This document shows, piece by piece, positions 40,541-51,150 of a stretch of DNA of 64,000 nt; the stretch's first letter is position 1; the number at the start of each line of letters is the position of its first letter. The DNA is from Candidatus Marinacidobacterales bacterium (GTDB lineage: Bacteria > Acidobacteriota > Vicinamibacteria > Marinacidobacterales > DATDRI01): positions 3,936,001-4,000,000 of the forward strand of contig OZ245365.1 of assembly GCA_965226495.1 (NCBI GenBank), written 5' to 3'. A model generated the notes under the pieces. It worked only from the letters and a program-made list of their open reading frames with translations. It made no database searches and was not told the origin of the DNA. The position numbers were made by a program, and so were the translations under genes.

Positions 40541-41461
40541 CTACTTGTTTGCGACGTCCCAGAGCTGTTGCAACTTGGTGAGGTAATCGTCTTTGCTCTC
40601 GACGCCGGGCGCGAACTGAACGTCGAGAACCAACTCGTGAGCTCCAATCTCTCGAGCCGCGGCGATGTCGGCTCCGATCTGCTCGATGGTGCCCGTGAAG
40701 TCGGGGCGGTCACCGCCAGGTGCTGAGTCGGAGAACTCACAGTTTCCACGGACGATAAGCTCCAAGTTCCCGGGATCTCGACCCGCTTCCTTTGCCATCG
40801 CTTGGATCCCGCCGAACATCTCCGGCACCGCCTTGAGCGGAATCCCGACTGGAAACCACCCGTTTGCCTCCCGCGCCACTCTTTGAAGAGCGCTGGGTGC
40901 ATAGGCAGCCATGTAGATAGGTGGATGAGGTTTTTGAACCGGCTTGAGACTAATGGTCGATTCCGCAATGTGAACGTACTCGCCCTTGAACTCGACCGGA
41001 TCGGTGGTCCAAATCGTCTTGAGGGCGCGGATGAGCTCATCGGCGCGTTTGCCCTTACCAGACCACGACATTCCCGCAGCCTCGTACTCATCGGGCGACC
41101 ATCCCATCCCGAGTCCAACCCGAAGTCGACCGCCCGAGAGAACGTCCAGACTGGTGAGCGTTCGCGCAAGCAGCGTGGGGTTGTACCAGGGGAGGTTCAG
41201 CACGCTGGAGCCGACGGTAACGCGCTTGGTTTGAGCCGCTGCGAACGCGAGCGTTTGCAACGGATCCAAGGTCGACTTGTATTGAACCGGGAGACTTCCG
41301 TCCCCCGCCGGGTAGGGCGCCCGGGGCTTCGTCGGCCATAGCAAACGGTCCAACACCCAGAGACTGTCGTAACCAAGTTCCTCCGCCCGGGTGGAAACCG
41401 CGGTGACCGCTTCCGGGCCGGCGGCCTTTCCTACTTGTGGAAGTGCAAATCCTAAACGCAT
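40541..41461 (-). CDS. LLM class (probably F420-dependent) oxidoreductase
   Basis: AEELGYDSLWVLDR, LDVLSGGRL..GLG.GW, KPVQKPHPPI. Confidence 0.9.
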   Translation of the reverse strand: MRLGFALPQVGKAAGPEAVTAVSTRAEELGYDSLWVLDRLLWPTKPRAPYPAGDGSLPVQYKSTLDPLQTLAFAAAQTKRVTVGSSVLNLPWYNPTLLARTLTSLDVLSGGRLRVGLGMGWSPDEYEAAGMSWSGKGKRADELIRALKTIWTTDPVEFKGEYVHIAESTISLKPVQKPHPPIYMAAYAPSALQRVAREANGWFPVGIPLKAVPEMFGGIQAMAKEAGRDPGNLELIVRGNCEFSDSAPGGDRPDFTGTIEQIGADIAAAREIGAHELVLDVQFAPGVESKDDYLTKLQQLWDVANK

Positions 41462-41476
41462 GAGAGAACCTCCTAG

Positions 41477-43416
41477 CTAGGAGCCCGCGGCTTCTAGCTG
41501 ATTTTTTGGCAAACGGATGGTAAACGTACTACCTCGTCCGACCTGGCTCTCGACTTCGATGTCGCCGCCGTGGTTCCGGACGATGTTTCGCGCGCTCACC
41601 AAACCGGCCCTCATCTTAATGCGCGAACCGGCGGTGAAGAAATCGAAATCGAACAGCCGACCCAACTTTTCTTCCGAAATCCCCTTGCCAGTATCGGAGA
41701 TTCGGATATGGATGGAATCTGTATCCTCGCTGGCTTTGACGCGGATAGTCCCCTCGCCTTCGATGGCCTCCATAGCGTTAGTCAATAGACTCAGGAAGAC
41801 TTGGTTTATCTCCCCGGGATAGCAGGGAATGTTGGAATCTCGTCGTACTCCTTGACGACGGTCACCCAACCCTTGAGCTGTCCGCCCAACAACTCGAGCG
41901 CGCTATCCAGGCCCTCGCGGATGTCGGCTCGCTGAAACTCGGCCTCATCCAACCGCGCGAAATTCTTGAGGCTTCGGACGAGTGCGGTGACCCGCTCAGC
42001 CGCGGTCGCTATCACTTTCGAATCGCTTTCGAGGAGACCGAACGTCTTCTTGAAGGACGGATCCTCCCGCAATTCCTCGAGGGTCTCGCTCTCTTCAAAG
42101 ATCTCCCGAAGCCTGCTAATACATCGGGCGGTCACTAGGTTGGCGCTGCCGAGCGCCCCGATGGGACTGTTGAGCTCATGAGTGATCCCTGCCACCAACT
42201 TGCCCAGCGAAGCCATTTTTTCGGCGTGAACGAGCTGCACTTGCGTCGCCCGCAACTCTTCCAATAGCCTCTCCAACTTCTCGTTCTTGTCCTTCAACTC
42301 TACGTTCCGCAAACGGGCGATCTCGGCTTCCTTCTCCGCCTTTTCCACCTCGTAACTCGTTTGAAGATTCTTCAGACGGGCATTGGCGTCGTTGCTGAAA
42401 ACCTCTTCTTTGATCCGTTGAAACTCCCGATGGTGCTTCAATGCGAGCGCCGGATCCCCACTGAGCTCGTAGGCCTCGGAAAGAGCTTGATGAGATTGAT
42501 AGATCCTTGGCTTCGATTTAGTTTCCAGGGCGATGGAAAGAGATTTCTCGAGTACTTCCAAAGACTCGTCCACTTCTTTTCGCTGGACGAAGAGCCTTCC
42601 CAAGTTGATGAGGCTCGTACATTCGGCCTGTCGTTGTCCTAGGTTCTCGCGAATGTGAAGTGCTTTGAGGTGGAACTCTAGGGCTTTTTCGTCTTCCCCG
42701 AGCTCTTGATAGATGGCTCCGAGATCGTTCAGCGACCGAGCCTCCCCCATCGGGTTCTCCTCCGCCCGGAAGATGGCGAGGCTGCGCTCAAAGTAAGGAA
42801 GTGCCCTATCGTGGGCCCCACCGGCCTGATAGGCCGCGCCGACGTGAACCAGACCTCGCGCCACCATCCAATCTATCCCGATGGCCTCCCCGACCTTCAC
42901 GGACTCGTCAGAATACTGGACCGACTTCTCGAAATCCCCGAGGTCGTAAAAGAGAGTTCCGAGCGCCATCAAGCTGAGCCCCTCCCAATATCCGTCCCCG
43001 GTTTCACGAAAAAACTTCAGACACTCGAGGTTATGGGATAAAGACTGATCGTAAGTACCTAGATTCTTCTGGATGCTGAGGAGAGGCAACAGAGCCCTCG
43101 TTGAGCCCTCCCGATCGCCGATCTGATCGAACAAGGAGCGAGCATCCTTTAGGTTCTCGAGAGCGGCCTCGTGCTCTGACAGGAACCAACGGGCAAAGCC
43201 CATGAACACGAGGCTGTACGCCTCGCCCTTCTTGTAGGATAAGCGGCGAGCCAGCTCGTTGGCGCTTTGGGCCAGCTCCAGCTGCTTCCTGGGATCCTCA
43301 CCCGAAATGAGACGTTCGGTCAGCTCGTTGAGCCGGTCCACGTTCTCCACAGTCGCATCTTGATACAACGATGCGAGGTCTTGCCCTGGTTTGCGCTCTT
43401 CGCTTCGGCGAGACAT
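41477..43416 (-). pseudogene. TPR-repeat sensor histidine kinase with one frameshift (~41832)
   Basis: TPRs; H-box [20 protein letters not shown]; HATPase ([20 protein letters not shown]) in another frame; could be a sequencing error. Confidence 0.8.
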
Positions 43417-43481
43417 ATATCGTCAAGTTATAGACCAAGGGTTGGTCTGGACGCTAATCCACAAGGGCGGATTGTCGACAG

Positions 43482-44738
43482 CTATCGCAAAGCACGGAGG
43501 GCGAGGAGTCCGAGAATCGCCACCGCGAACCCGAGAGCGACCCAAAGCACGATCGGGTGCCGCTCACTCCAGGGCTCCGGGCTGAGGTAGCCGGAGTGCG
43601 TCGCCTCGGGCCCGAGCTCGCCCACTGCAGCCGCCTCGAGCTCTTCTCTTGAAGTGATCCGCGCCAGGTCGTACTCGGGTGCGGAAATGCGGCTATTCCC
43701 GTATAGAAGTTGATAGGTCGTTCCCGGTTTTTGGCGAAAGACGATGCGGCGCGGCGTGCCTTCTAGCGAAGGGCGCAAACCTTCGATCGGCGAGTCATCT
43801 CGATTGAGCACATCGACGCGCCAATAGCGGCCACGAGTCTCAGGAAATCGAACCTGCAGCAGAGTGCGTTGATCCTGCTCGTGATCATTCGATCCGGGTT
43901 TCGGGTAGCGATAAACATTACCCTGTCCGACCCGTCGCCAGTCTTCCCCGTCGATGCTCACATCTACGCGCACGGTTCGATGAAACTCCGCCTGCCCTGC
44001 TGGTCCCGTCTGAAAGCGTACCGACGACGCAGGTACATTCTCGATCCCGAGATCGACCAGCCATCGACTCTCCTCCGAACCCGTGCCGCGTGCCGGTCCG
44101 AGAACGGGGAGGTCGACGAGCTCGGGGGCTTCGACGATCTCGTAAGCGATGCGGCAGCCGTAAACCGCGAACCGCCTTTCCGGTTCGAGAATCTTCACAC
44201 GCAACCAACGGGCTCGAGAGTCCGTATAAGACACCACGGTCTTGCCTTCACGCGTATCATCGAACCGAAAGATGGGCGCCTTTTCCTGAAGGACATGCCA
44301 ACTCTCCCGATCGTCACTGGCAGCGACTTCGACCCACGCGAAGAACTCGTTGACCCCGGTTTGTATTTCGAGAGAGTTGTGGGCGTCGTGGTCCGAACCC
44401 ACGTCGACTATCAACTGAGTGTGCTCGCCAGGGATAAATCCGAGGTCGGCGATCTCACCTTGTCGCCATTGCCGCTCTTCCTTACCGATGCGAGCGTGCA
44501 GAACGTAGGGCACTTCGTTGCCATCTCGGTCGATGACGCGCAAGTCGGCGAGACTTTTCTGGGCATGGCCGAACGTTTCGAGCGGTAGGATTAGACGCAC
44601 CAGGCGAGGCTCCGCGGTCGACTCCAACGAAATCGGCCGGAAATACAGCCAGTTTTTCCACGCGTCGGGAATCTGGGCCCGCGCCGCAGGTGTCAGATAC
44701 CAAAAGACCAGGACGGCGAGCGGAAGCGCTTTTTTCAT
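43482..44738 (-). CDS. DUF3999 family protein
   Basis: Signal peptide; DLRVID..G.EVPY, LLYGN....PEYD; C-terminal TM; paired with DUF2339. Confidence 0.75.
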   Translation of the reverse strand: MKKALPLAVLVFWYLTPAARAQIPDAWKNWLYFRPISLESTAEPRLVRLILPLETFGHAQKSLADLRVIDRDGNEVPYVLHARIGKEERQWRQGEIADLGFIPGEHTQLIVDVGSDHDAHNSLEIQTGVNEFFAWVEVAASDDRESWHVLQEKAPIFRFDDTREGKTVVSYTDSRARWLRVKILEPERRFAVYGCRIAYEIVEAPELVDLPVLGPARGTGSEESRWLVDLGIENVPASSVRFQTGPAGQAEFHRTVRVDVSIDGEDWRRVGQGNVYRYPKPGSNDHEQDQRTLLQVRFPETRGRYWRVDVLNRDDSPIEGLRPSLEGTPRRIVFRQKPGTTYQLLYGNSRISAPEYDLARITSREELEAAAVGELGPEATHSGYLSPEPWSERHPIVLWVALGFAVAILGLLALRALR

Positions 44739-46555
44739 CGCTCCTCACGCTCCGCAGTCACCTTCTGCTGATAGAAGAATGAGACGACGACCAGCAGCAC
44801 TCCCAGCACCGCGAAGGAGACGATCCGGTAGATACGCTCCAAGAAGGAGAGATCGTAGAGAAACACCTTCACGACGACGACCGAGAAGAGCGCCAGCCCC
44901 AACCAACGCACGGCGGCACTACCGCTGCGAACGCCCCACAACATTAGGCCGGTCGCGTAGAGGGTCCATAGCAGGGAAAGAGCCAGTTGCTGCGTGAGTC
45001 GTGTATCCGCGCCCAGATCCAGACGCATCCGGCCGAAGAGACCCCACACTTCCAGCGACAGCGAGGAGACCAACAAGACGTTTGCGGCGAGCCCCACAAT
45101 TTCGAACGCGCGACGCTCACCATCTGACAGCATCCCCCGATGACGTCGAGAGAAGGCGAAGGCCGCAGCAAACGAAGCCACAACGATGGCATAGGTCAGG
45201 AATCGAGGGTTCCACAGAAACTCCTGCGCGGACACTTTGAAGAGCAGCAGGCGGGCGCCGGCAATGATGAACAAAACGATGCCGGCCCATCGCAACAGCC
45301 TCAGGTTCACTTGAAAGCCGCTCCAGATCAGCACCGCTCCTTCGACCGCCCACGCGATCGTGATCCACTTTCCGTCCAATCGTATCGGTATCGCCAGAGT
45401 CACGAATGTGAGCGCCAAACCCGCGAACAGTAAACGAGAGACCGAGCGCTCACCTGTCTTCGAAATTGGAAGGAGTCGCGCCGCCCCAAGGTACGCGGCG
45501 GCAAGCGCCAGCACCGCAACGGTCAGGGCCCACCGGTGATCGCGATAGAGGAGATACTGCAACACACCAAGAAACGCCCCCGCGTTCGCCAGCGCCAGAA
45601 TGACGTGCGCCGACGCGATGTTTCCGAGCCGACGCGATTGAAGGATGGGGACGGCGCCGAATTGCACGAAGAAAAGCGTCGCGAAGAACGCGGTGCGGCC
45701 CAGTTTGGAAACTTTGTAGAACTCTTCGATCCAGGCCCAGAAGTAAATGGTCGTACCTGCGAAGGCTACCAATTCCAAACTGCGCCAACTACGCAGACGA
45801 GCGACGACGAGCATTCCTCCGTTCAACACCGCGAGGTAGATGAACAAAGGGATCTGCGCGTCTTTGCCTGTGCTGAGCAAGATCGGTGTGATTAGACCGC
45901 CGACTTGGGCAAGCAAAGCCAGCGGCTGCGAATCGCGTCCCAGCGCAATCGCGACCATCGTCCCCGTCACGACGATCATCCCGGCAAACGCTACCGGTTG
46001 CGGGAAGAGTTGATAGAAGCTCCAGGCGGCATACAACGAAAGGTAGAGAACACCGGCGGCCAAACCGGCGATGCCGCTCGAGAAATAGCCGTAGCCCCTT
46101 CGCAACAACCACTGGCTGAAAACCAGCAGGCCCGTGCCCGACAGGAGCCCAAAGGCAACGCGCCCACTGGGACCGATCCATTCGTTGTCGAAGGCATATT
46201 TGAGGAAGAAGCTCACCGCGAGCAACAGCGCAATGATGCCGACGCGGTTGAGCCAGCGACCGGCGATCAGCGTTTCGAGGTCGGGCCCCGCCTTCAAGGC
46301 AACCGGGACCGGCTTTAGCGCCGCGGTTGCCGGAGGCGAAGCATCGCGTGTGGCGGGCGCCGCAGCTTCGGAGACAGGAACGGCCGTCGTCTCAGGTTCA
46401 GAGAGGCTCGGAGCCCCGCTTGGCGCTTGGAGCCTTCGGTTGAGCTGACCGACGATCCGCTCCAGTGCAGAGACGCGCACTAACGCGACGATCGCCAGGA
46501 TCGGCCCACCCAGAAGAATGAGCCCTGCCACGATGACCAAGGAAGCGAATTCCAT
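44735..46555 (-). CDS. DUF2339 membrane protein
   Basis: LETLIAGRWLNRVG, FFLKYAFDN.WIGP..R, KVFLYDLS.L...YRIVSF. Confidence 0.88.
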   Translation of the reverse strand: MEFASLVIVAGLILLGGPILAIVALVRVSALERIVGQLNRRLQAPSGAPSLSEPETTAVPVSEAAAPATRDASPPATAALKPVPVALKAGPDLETLIAGRWLNRVGIIALLLAVSFFLKYAFDNEWIGPSGRVAFGLLSGTGLLVFSQWLLRRGYGYFSSGIAGLAAGVLYLSLYAAWSFYQLFPQPVAFAGMIVVTGTMVAIALGRDSQPLALLAQVGGLITPILLSTGKDAQIPLFIYLAVLNGGMLVVARLRSWRSLELVAFAGTTIYFWAWIEEFYKVSKLGRTAFFATLFFVQFGAVPILQSRRLGNIASAHVILALANAGAFLGVLQYLLYRDHRWALTVAVLALAAAYLGAARLLPISKTGERSVSRLLFAGLALTFVTLAIPIRLDGKWITIAWAVEGAVLIWSGFQVNLRLLRWAGIVLFIIAGARLLLFKVSAQEFLWNPRFLTYAIVVASFAAAFAFSRRHRGMLSDGERRAFEIVGLAANVLLVSSLSLEVWGLFGRMRLDLGADTRLTQQLALSLLWTLYATGLMLWGVRSGSAAVRWLGLALFSVVVVKVFLYDLSFLERIYRIVSFAVLGVLLVVVSFFYQQKVTAEREER

Positions 46556-46615
46556 CGGACTTTACCTCCCCCGCTGGGAATGTCGGGATGTCAGATAACT
46601 ACCGAGGCACGTACT

Positions 46616-46632
46616 AGCATGACTCGTGCCAA
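46616..46632 (-). promoter_or_regulatory. Sigma54 (-24/-12) promoter for the DUF2339-DUF3999 operon
   Basis: TTGGCACGAGTCATGCT on the minus strand, 60 bp upstream of ATG; dyad TGTACAATTCTTGCACA at 46744-46760. Confidence 0.65.
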
Positions 46633-46875
46633 CAGGGATGCTTTCCAGGCATAACCAACGACATTTAAATCACTTAACTCGATTTCGGCTCGGGCTTGGC
46701 GACCCAAGAAGAACATTCTGCGCGGACAGTTCGTGCTATGAACTGTACAATTCTTGCACATCTGTTCTTCCGACCGATCACGGCCGCGTACGAGCTTTTC
46801 TTGTCTTGGATACTGGGAGCAGGCTTCGCCTACTGTGCATCACATTATAAAGCAGCCTGTCAGCGTGTCAGCCTG

Positions 46876-47190
46876 TCAGGCCTTCGGTTCGATGCCGCTA
46901 CGCTTGCTGACTTCTACGGCGAATTGTCGAAGGAGCTCGTCTAGAAACTCAATGTATTCTTCCGTTGAAAGAAGATAAGCCTTGTGCATCTTGTTTCTTA
47001 GAAACCCCTCGATGTCTTGGAAGAACGGATCTTCCTTCAACTCGGGAAACACTTCCAGCAAGCGCGAAATGGTATCGACCAGCCGTAGTGTTGCCGTGTA
47101 GACGCCCTCGTCGATTCCGCTGCGTGCCGCACTGGCAAGAAACGCGAAGACGGGAAACAGATCCTGATCTAGCTTCCTCTTGTCTCTCAT
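46876..47190 (-). CDS. Small helical protein, DUF6092-like
   Basis: FLASAAR...E..Y..LRLVD pattern; overlaps nitroreductase stop. Confidence 0.6.
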   Translation of the reverse strand: MRDKRKLDQDLFPVFAFLASAARSGIDEGVYTATLRLVDTISRLLEVFPELKEDPFFQDIEGFLRNKMHKAYLLSTEEYIEFLDELLRQFAVEVSKRSGIEPKA

Positions 47191-47714
47191 AGCAGTGGCC
47201 CGTACCGATTGTGATAGACGGCGGTCCCTTGCTTGCTCGCCTTCACCGACTTCGGCGCTGCAATGGGATGGCCAATGGGGATGATCATGTCAACGCGACA
47301 GTGATCTGGGAGTCCCAGAACAATCCTAATGCCGGCCATTGCTGCGATCATCGTGAATTGCGATCCAAGCCCCAAAGCGGTGGCTCCCAGAAGGACGTTT
47401 TCGCCGGCCGCCCCGGCGTCTACCAAAGTACAGCGCGCTGCTACCGGCCCCACTGTTTCATACGCCACTTTTTCATCCGTAAAGATGATCAGCAACATCG
47501 GTATGTAGTTGCGATTCAGCGAAGGTGAAATCTGCTGTATCGCTCGGATCACGCCCGGATCGTCAACCACAACACAATGTCGATAGGGCCGGTTCGACGC
47601 TGTCGGAGCACGACCTACCGCGTAAATGAGCTTATCCAACTGTTCACGAGATACAGGCACGTCAGAAAAGGCGCGGCACGCCCTTTTCTTGGCCAAGGTC
47701 TCGAATAATTCCAT
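47187..47714 (-). CDS. Nitroreductase family protein
   Basis: KRACRAF, APTASN, DAGAAGENVLLGATALGLGS. Confidence 0.88.
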   Translation of the reverse strand: MELFETLAKKRACRAFSDVPVSREQLDKLIYAVGRAPTASNRPYRHCVVVDDPGVIRAIQQISPSLNRNYIPMLLIIFTDEKVAYETVGPVAARCTLVDAGAAGENVLLGATALGLGSQFTMIAAMAGIRIVLGLPDHCRVDMIIPIGHPIAAPKSVKASKQGTAVYHNRYGPLL

Positions 47715-47739
47715 CGTTTTTCTCCAATCGGCTCCAGCT

Positions 47740-48198
47740 CTAACGGGAGCTTCGGCTAAAACGGATTTGGTTATCGCTGGGGAAGAAGATCACCATCTCG
47801 TCGCCCTCGATCTCGAAACGGCAAGGCTCGATGGTGGGATCCGCGTGCTTGATCTCCATGCTTAACGGCGCGGCCGGGAGACTTCCCAACTCCTCGCCCG
47901 CCGACATATGGTACTGGTGGGAGAAGGTGAGATGCTCCCCCTCCAACACGTAGGTTCCCGCCTCGCCGGACCCACGCCGCGGCTTCTTGTCCGCATCTAG
48001 CGTGAAGAACAAGGTGGCCCAATCATTCTCCGTGAAGAAAATGAGCCCATCGAGTGAGTGCGAGGTCCCGGTCTTGAGATCGTAACTCTCTGCCTTCCAC
48101 GCACCCAAAATCGAAACTTCTTCGCCGATTGCGAGCGAGGAAGAGGAGGCGACCAGGGGGATCAGCACCAAAACGAGCATCCATCGAGACAACCACAT
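47740..48198 (-). CDS. Exported lipocalin-like domain protein
   Basis: RBS AAGGAG; signal peptide; ILGAWK, AGTY.LEG..LT. Confidence 0.65.
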   Translation of the reverse strand: MWLSRWMLVLVLIPLVASSSSLAIGEEVSILGAWKAESYDLKTGTSHSLDGLIFFTENDWATLFFTLDADKKPRRGSGEAGTYVLEGEHLTFSHQYHMSAGEELGSLPAAPLSMEIKHADPTIEPCRFEIEGDEMVIFFPSDNQIRFSRSSR

Positions 48199-48333
48199 GT
48201 TGAATCTCCTTTCGTACATATCTCAACTACCTGTCGCGAAGGAAATTTTCAAGTGCCATGGGGCCGAGTCAGGAGCCAGGCACGCCGTCGAACGCAAAAA
48301 TAACACGTTGTCATTGATCAACGTAGCCAGGCG

Positions 48334-50979
48334 TTATTCGGCCAAAAACTGCCAGGCTTCCGCACTATGCAGCGAGCCGGGCTCGGCTTGACTCCAAAGT
48401 GCGAGGAACCTTTCGTACTGTTGCCGGGCGGCAACGAGATTTCCCTGTTTCGCCAGAAGGCGGGCCAATTCCAGAACGTGGAGCGGTTCCAGGACTCCGG
48501 TCCATCTTTGCGTGATATCCGGAGTCAAGAGCTTGCGGTACATCCGTATGGCTCCCGACAGATCGCCTTGTTGTGCCTTGGTTCGCGCCGCCCCATCCCG
48601 GAGGTGCATGTTCGCGGCGACGCTCCCGAAGACGTCGGAACTCGAGAACCACATTTTCAATTCCGGCTCTCCATCCGAGAATGCAATCTCAGCGGCGCGC
48701 AAATCTCCATGCGCCAAAGCGATCTCACCCTGCAGCAAGTGGTACCACCAATTCTCTCGCGGATCTCTTACGTCGTAGAGTGCTCGCAGAGAATCGAGAT
48801 CCCGATTGGCGTCTTCGAGCCTTCCGTCACGGGCTTGAGCGAGCCCGGCGAACAAGCTTGCCAACATCAAAATCTCCCGTCTCCCGTTTCCGCTGAGGCT
48901 CGGCACGAGATCCATCGCGCGATCGGCGCGCAGGACCGCTTCGGTCAGCTCGCCCCTCTCGACAGCAAGCATGGAGCGAAGAATCTGCGTCCGAGCTTCG
49001 AACAAGGTGTGCTGCCTACTTCTCGCCAACTGGACTCCGTCGAGCAGACGCTGCTCGGATTCGCGATATCTGCCTACGCGAGAAAGGAGGAACGCCTGAA
49101 CGAGCAGCAACGAGGGAGCCGAATCGGCGGGAGGGTAGTGTGTCCCGTCGAGATGTGCGAGAGCCGCATCGTAGTGCCCCATCATCGCGCTCGCCCAACT
49201 GCGCCCGAAGCTCGACGAAACCAAGGAGCCATTCCCCCCTGGAGCGCGGGAATACTCCTCCAACGCCCGGTCCGGCATACCGGCAAAGAGATACGCCTCT
49301 CCCAAACGTTCATAAGGGTTGGCGTCGGCAGGATACATTCGGGCGTAAGTCTCGAACTGGCGAAAGGCCTCGGGATACCGGCCGTTTCGCAGCATCCCGT
49401 ATCCGTAGTAGGAGCGAAGGAGCCCCGAGTCCGGCACCGCCTTGACGCCGCTCGCGAGCACGGCGAGACCCTGCTCGGGTCGGTTCGATGTCAGATGAAC
49501 AATGGCCAAGAGCACGTACGCGTACTCGTCGTCCGGATAGCGAGCGAGGGCCTCCTCGAGCAGCTCCACCGCCTTGTCGTGTTCGTCTTCCTGGACAAGC
49601 TGCCCCGCTGCCGCCAAAAGCTTTTGCCGCTCCGGTAGCGTATCGCGGTGGGATAAGGCACGCTGAAGGTACTTCACGGCCGCGAACGTATCGTGCCGAA
49701 TCAGCGCCATCTTGTGTAGCTGCCAGTACGCCAAGCCGAATCCAGGATCCGCAGCCACCGCCTCCAGGAACAATCGGTGGGCGTCACTCAAACGAGCATG
49801 CCTAGCCGCCTCCATTCCCTGTCCGTAGAGCCGGTAAGCATCCAAAGATTTCGTGACCCCCGAAACCTTTGTCTTGGGTAAAGGCTCGTCCAGTTCCAGC
49901 GCCTCGCCCATACGCCAGGCCAGGTCGTCTACGATCTGGAAGAGGTCGGTCCCTCGAACCGTGTACGCCGAAATGATGCTTCCATCCGTGACGTCTTCGA
50001 GTTGGGCGTCGATCCGAATCTCCGCTCCGTGTTTGACGATGCTGCCGGCCAGAAACGTCTCGGCACCAACCCGCCGAGCGATCTCGGGAAAAAAACTCGC
50101 GTCGAGCTGGTCGGTCTCCTCCTCTTCACCGATTTCGCGAACCGCCTCTTCTATCTTCTGGTCGCTTACGACATTTAGCTCCGGAGCGCCGTCCAGCCCG
50201 CCCTGAAGCATGCGACACACTCCCTTGGAAAGCCACCCGTACTCTTCGGAGTCGATGTGGTTTTCGAAGTCCATAATGGCAATGGATGGATTTCCTTCCG
50301 CGGGGCCAAAAGGAGAAGGGCTCCAATTGGACAACAAAGACCAGCCAAGCAGGGTCGCGGCAGTCGCGCCGGCGGCTGCTCCCATTACGAGTAGACCACG
50401 CGACCTCCGCTTGGGTGCGGTCTCGTCATGATCATGACCGGTCCTCCAGAAGCTCACCGTGTTCCAGGCGTCGGTACTCGAAGCAGAACGTCTCGGATCG
50501 ATGAATCCGCTGGTGACCGGTAGTTGGGAGACCCCTGTCATCTCCGAGTCTGCTTCCAGATGAAGGGGAGCGATCAAGCGGTACCCTCTTCGTGGCACGG
50601 TTTGGATGTAGCTGGGGTTCCTCGCGTCGTCACCCAGCGCTTTTCTCAACTCCCAGATGGAGTTCGTCAGCACTTCCTCGGTGACGTAGCTGCCGCTCCA
50701 GACGTGCTGAACGATCTGGGTCTTGGGGACGACGCTGCCCGCGTTCTCTCTGAGATAGGTCAGAACCTCCATTGCCTTGGGCTCGACCCTGACCTCGTGA
50801 TCGTCCCGGACAATTCTGTTCAGATTGGGTTGAACCAGCCAGTCGCCGATTCGAAAATCACCATCCAACTGCCGGCCACTCCTTCCCGGGGTCGACGACT
50901 CGGCCCCCAGATGAAGGCTTCGACGAGCTTTCGAGGAACATTCTGGACATTCTGGAATGTGGTGCAAGCCGGATGCCAC
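48334..50979 (-). CDS. CadC-like winged-helix / TM / TolB-N / TPR transcriptional regulator (start uncertain)
   Basis: FRIGDW.V.P, EPKAMEVL, LRKALGD....P.YIQTVPRRGYRL; TM; SIAIMDFEN; TPRs. Confidence 0.88.
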   Translation of the reverse strand: MASGLHHIPECPECSSKARRSLHLGAESSTPGRSGRQLDGDFRIGDWLVQPNLNRIVRDDHEVRVEPKAMEVLTYLRENAGSVVPKTQIVQHVWSGSYVTEEVLTNSIWELRKALGDDARNPSYIQTVPRRGYRLIAPLHLEADSEMTGVSQLPVTSGFIDPRRSASSTDAWNTVSFWRTGHDHDETAPKRRSRGLLVMGAAAGATAATLLGWSLLSNWSPSPFGPAEGNPSIAIMDFENHIDSEEYGWLSKGVCRMLQGGLDGAPELNVVSDQKIEEAVREIGEEEETDQLDASFFPEIARRVGAETFLAGSIVKHGAEIRIDAQLEDVTDGSIISAYTVRGTDLFQIVDDLAWRMGEALELDEPLPKTKVSGVTKSLDAYRLYGQGMEAARHARLSDAHRLFLEAVAADPGFGLAYWQLHKMALIRHDTFAAVKYLQRALSHRDTLPERQKLLAAAGQLVQEDEHDKAVELLEEALARYPDDEYAYVLLAIVHLTSNRPEQGLAVLASGVKAVPDSGLLRSYYGYGMLRNGRYPEAFRQFETYARMYPADANPYERLGEAYLFAGMPDRALEEYSRAPGGNGSLVSSSFGRSWASAMMGHYDAALAHLDGTHYPPADSAPSLLLVQAFLLSRVGRYRESEQRLLDGVQLARSRQHTLFEARTQILRSMLAVERGELTEAVLRADRAMDLVPSLSGNGRREILMLASLFAGLAQARDGRLEDANRDLDSLRALYDVRDPRENWWYHLLQGEIALAHGDLRAAEIAFSDGEPELKMWFSSSDVFGSVAANMHLRDGAARTKAQQGDLSGAIRMYRKLLTPDITQRWTGVLEPLHVLELARLLAKQGNLVAARQQYERFLALWSQAEPGSLHSAEAWQFLAE

Positions 50980-51150
50980 TAACCATCATCCTTATCGGGA
51001 CCCGCTCAACACTCCTAACCTGTTGACAAACGGGCACCCGAGCATAGGCTACCGGCGTTCGAGATTTCTTCTGGGTGAAGAAAGGGCTCTCTATATTTAC
51101 AGGATTGGCCTCGACTTTACAGTCTTGGGCCAAGTCGCGGAGCGCCGGAC

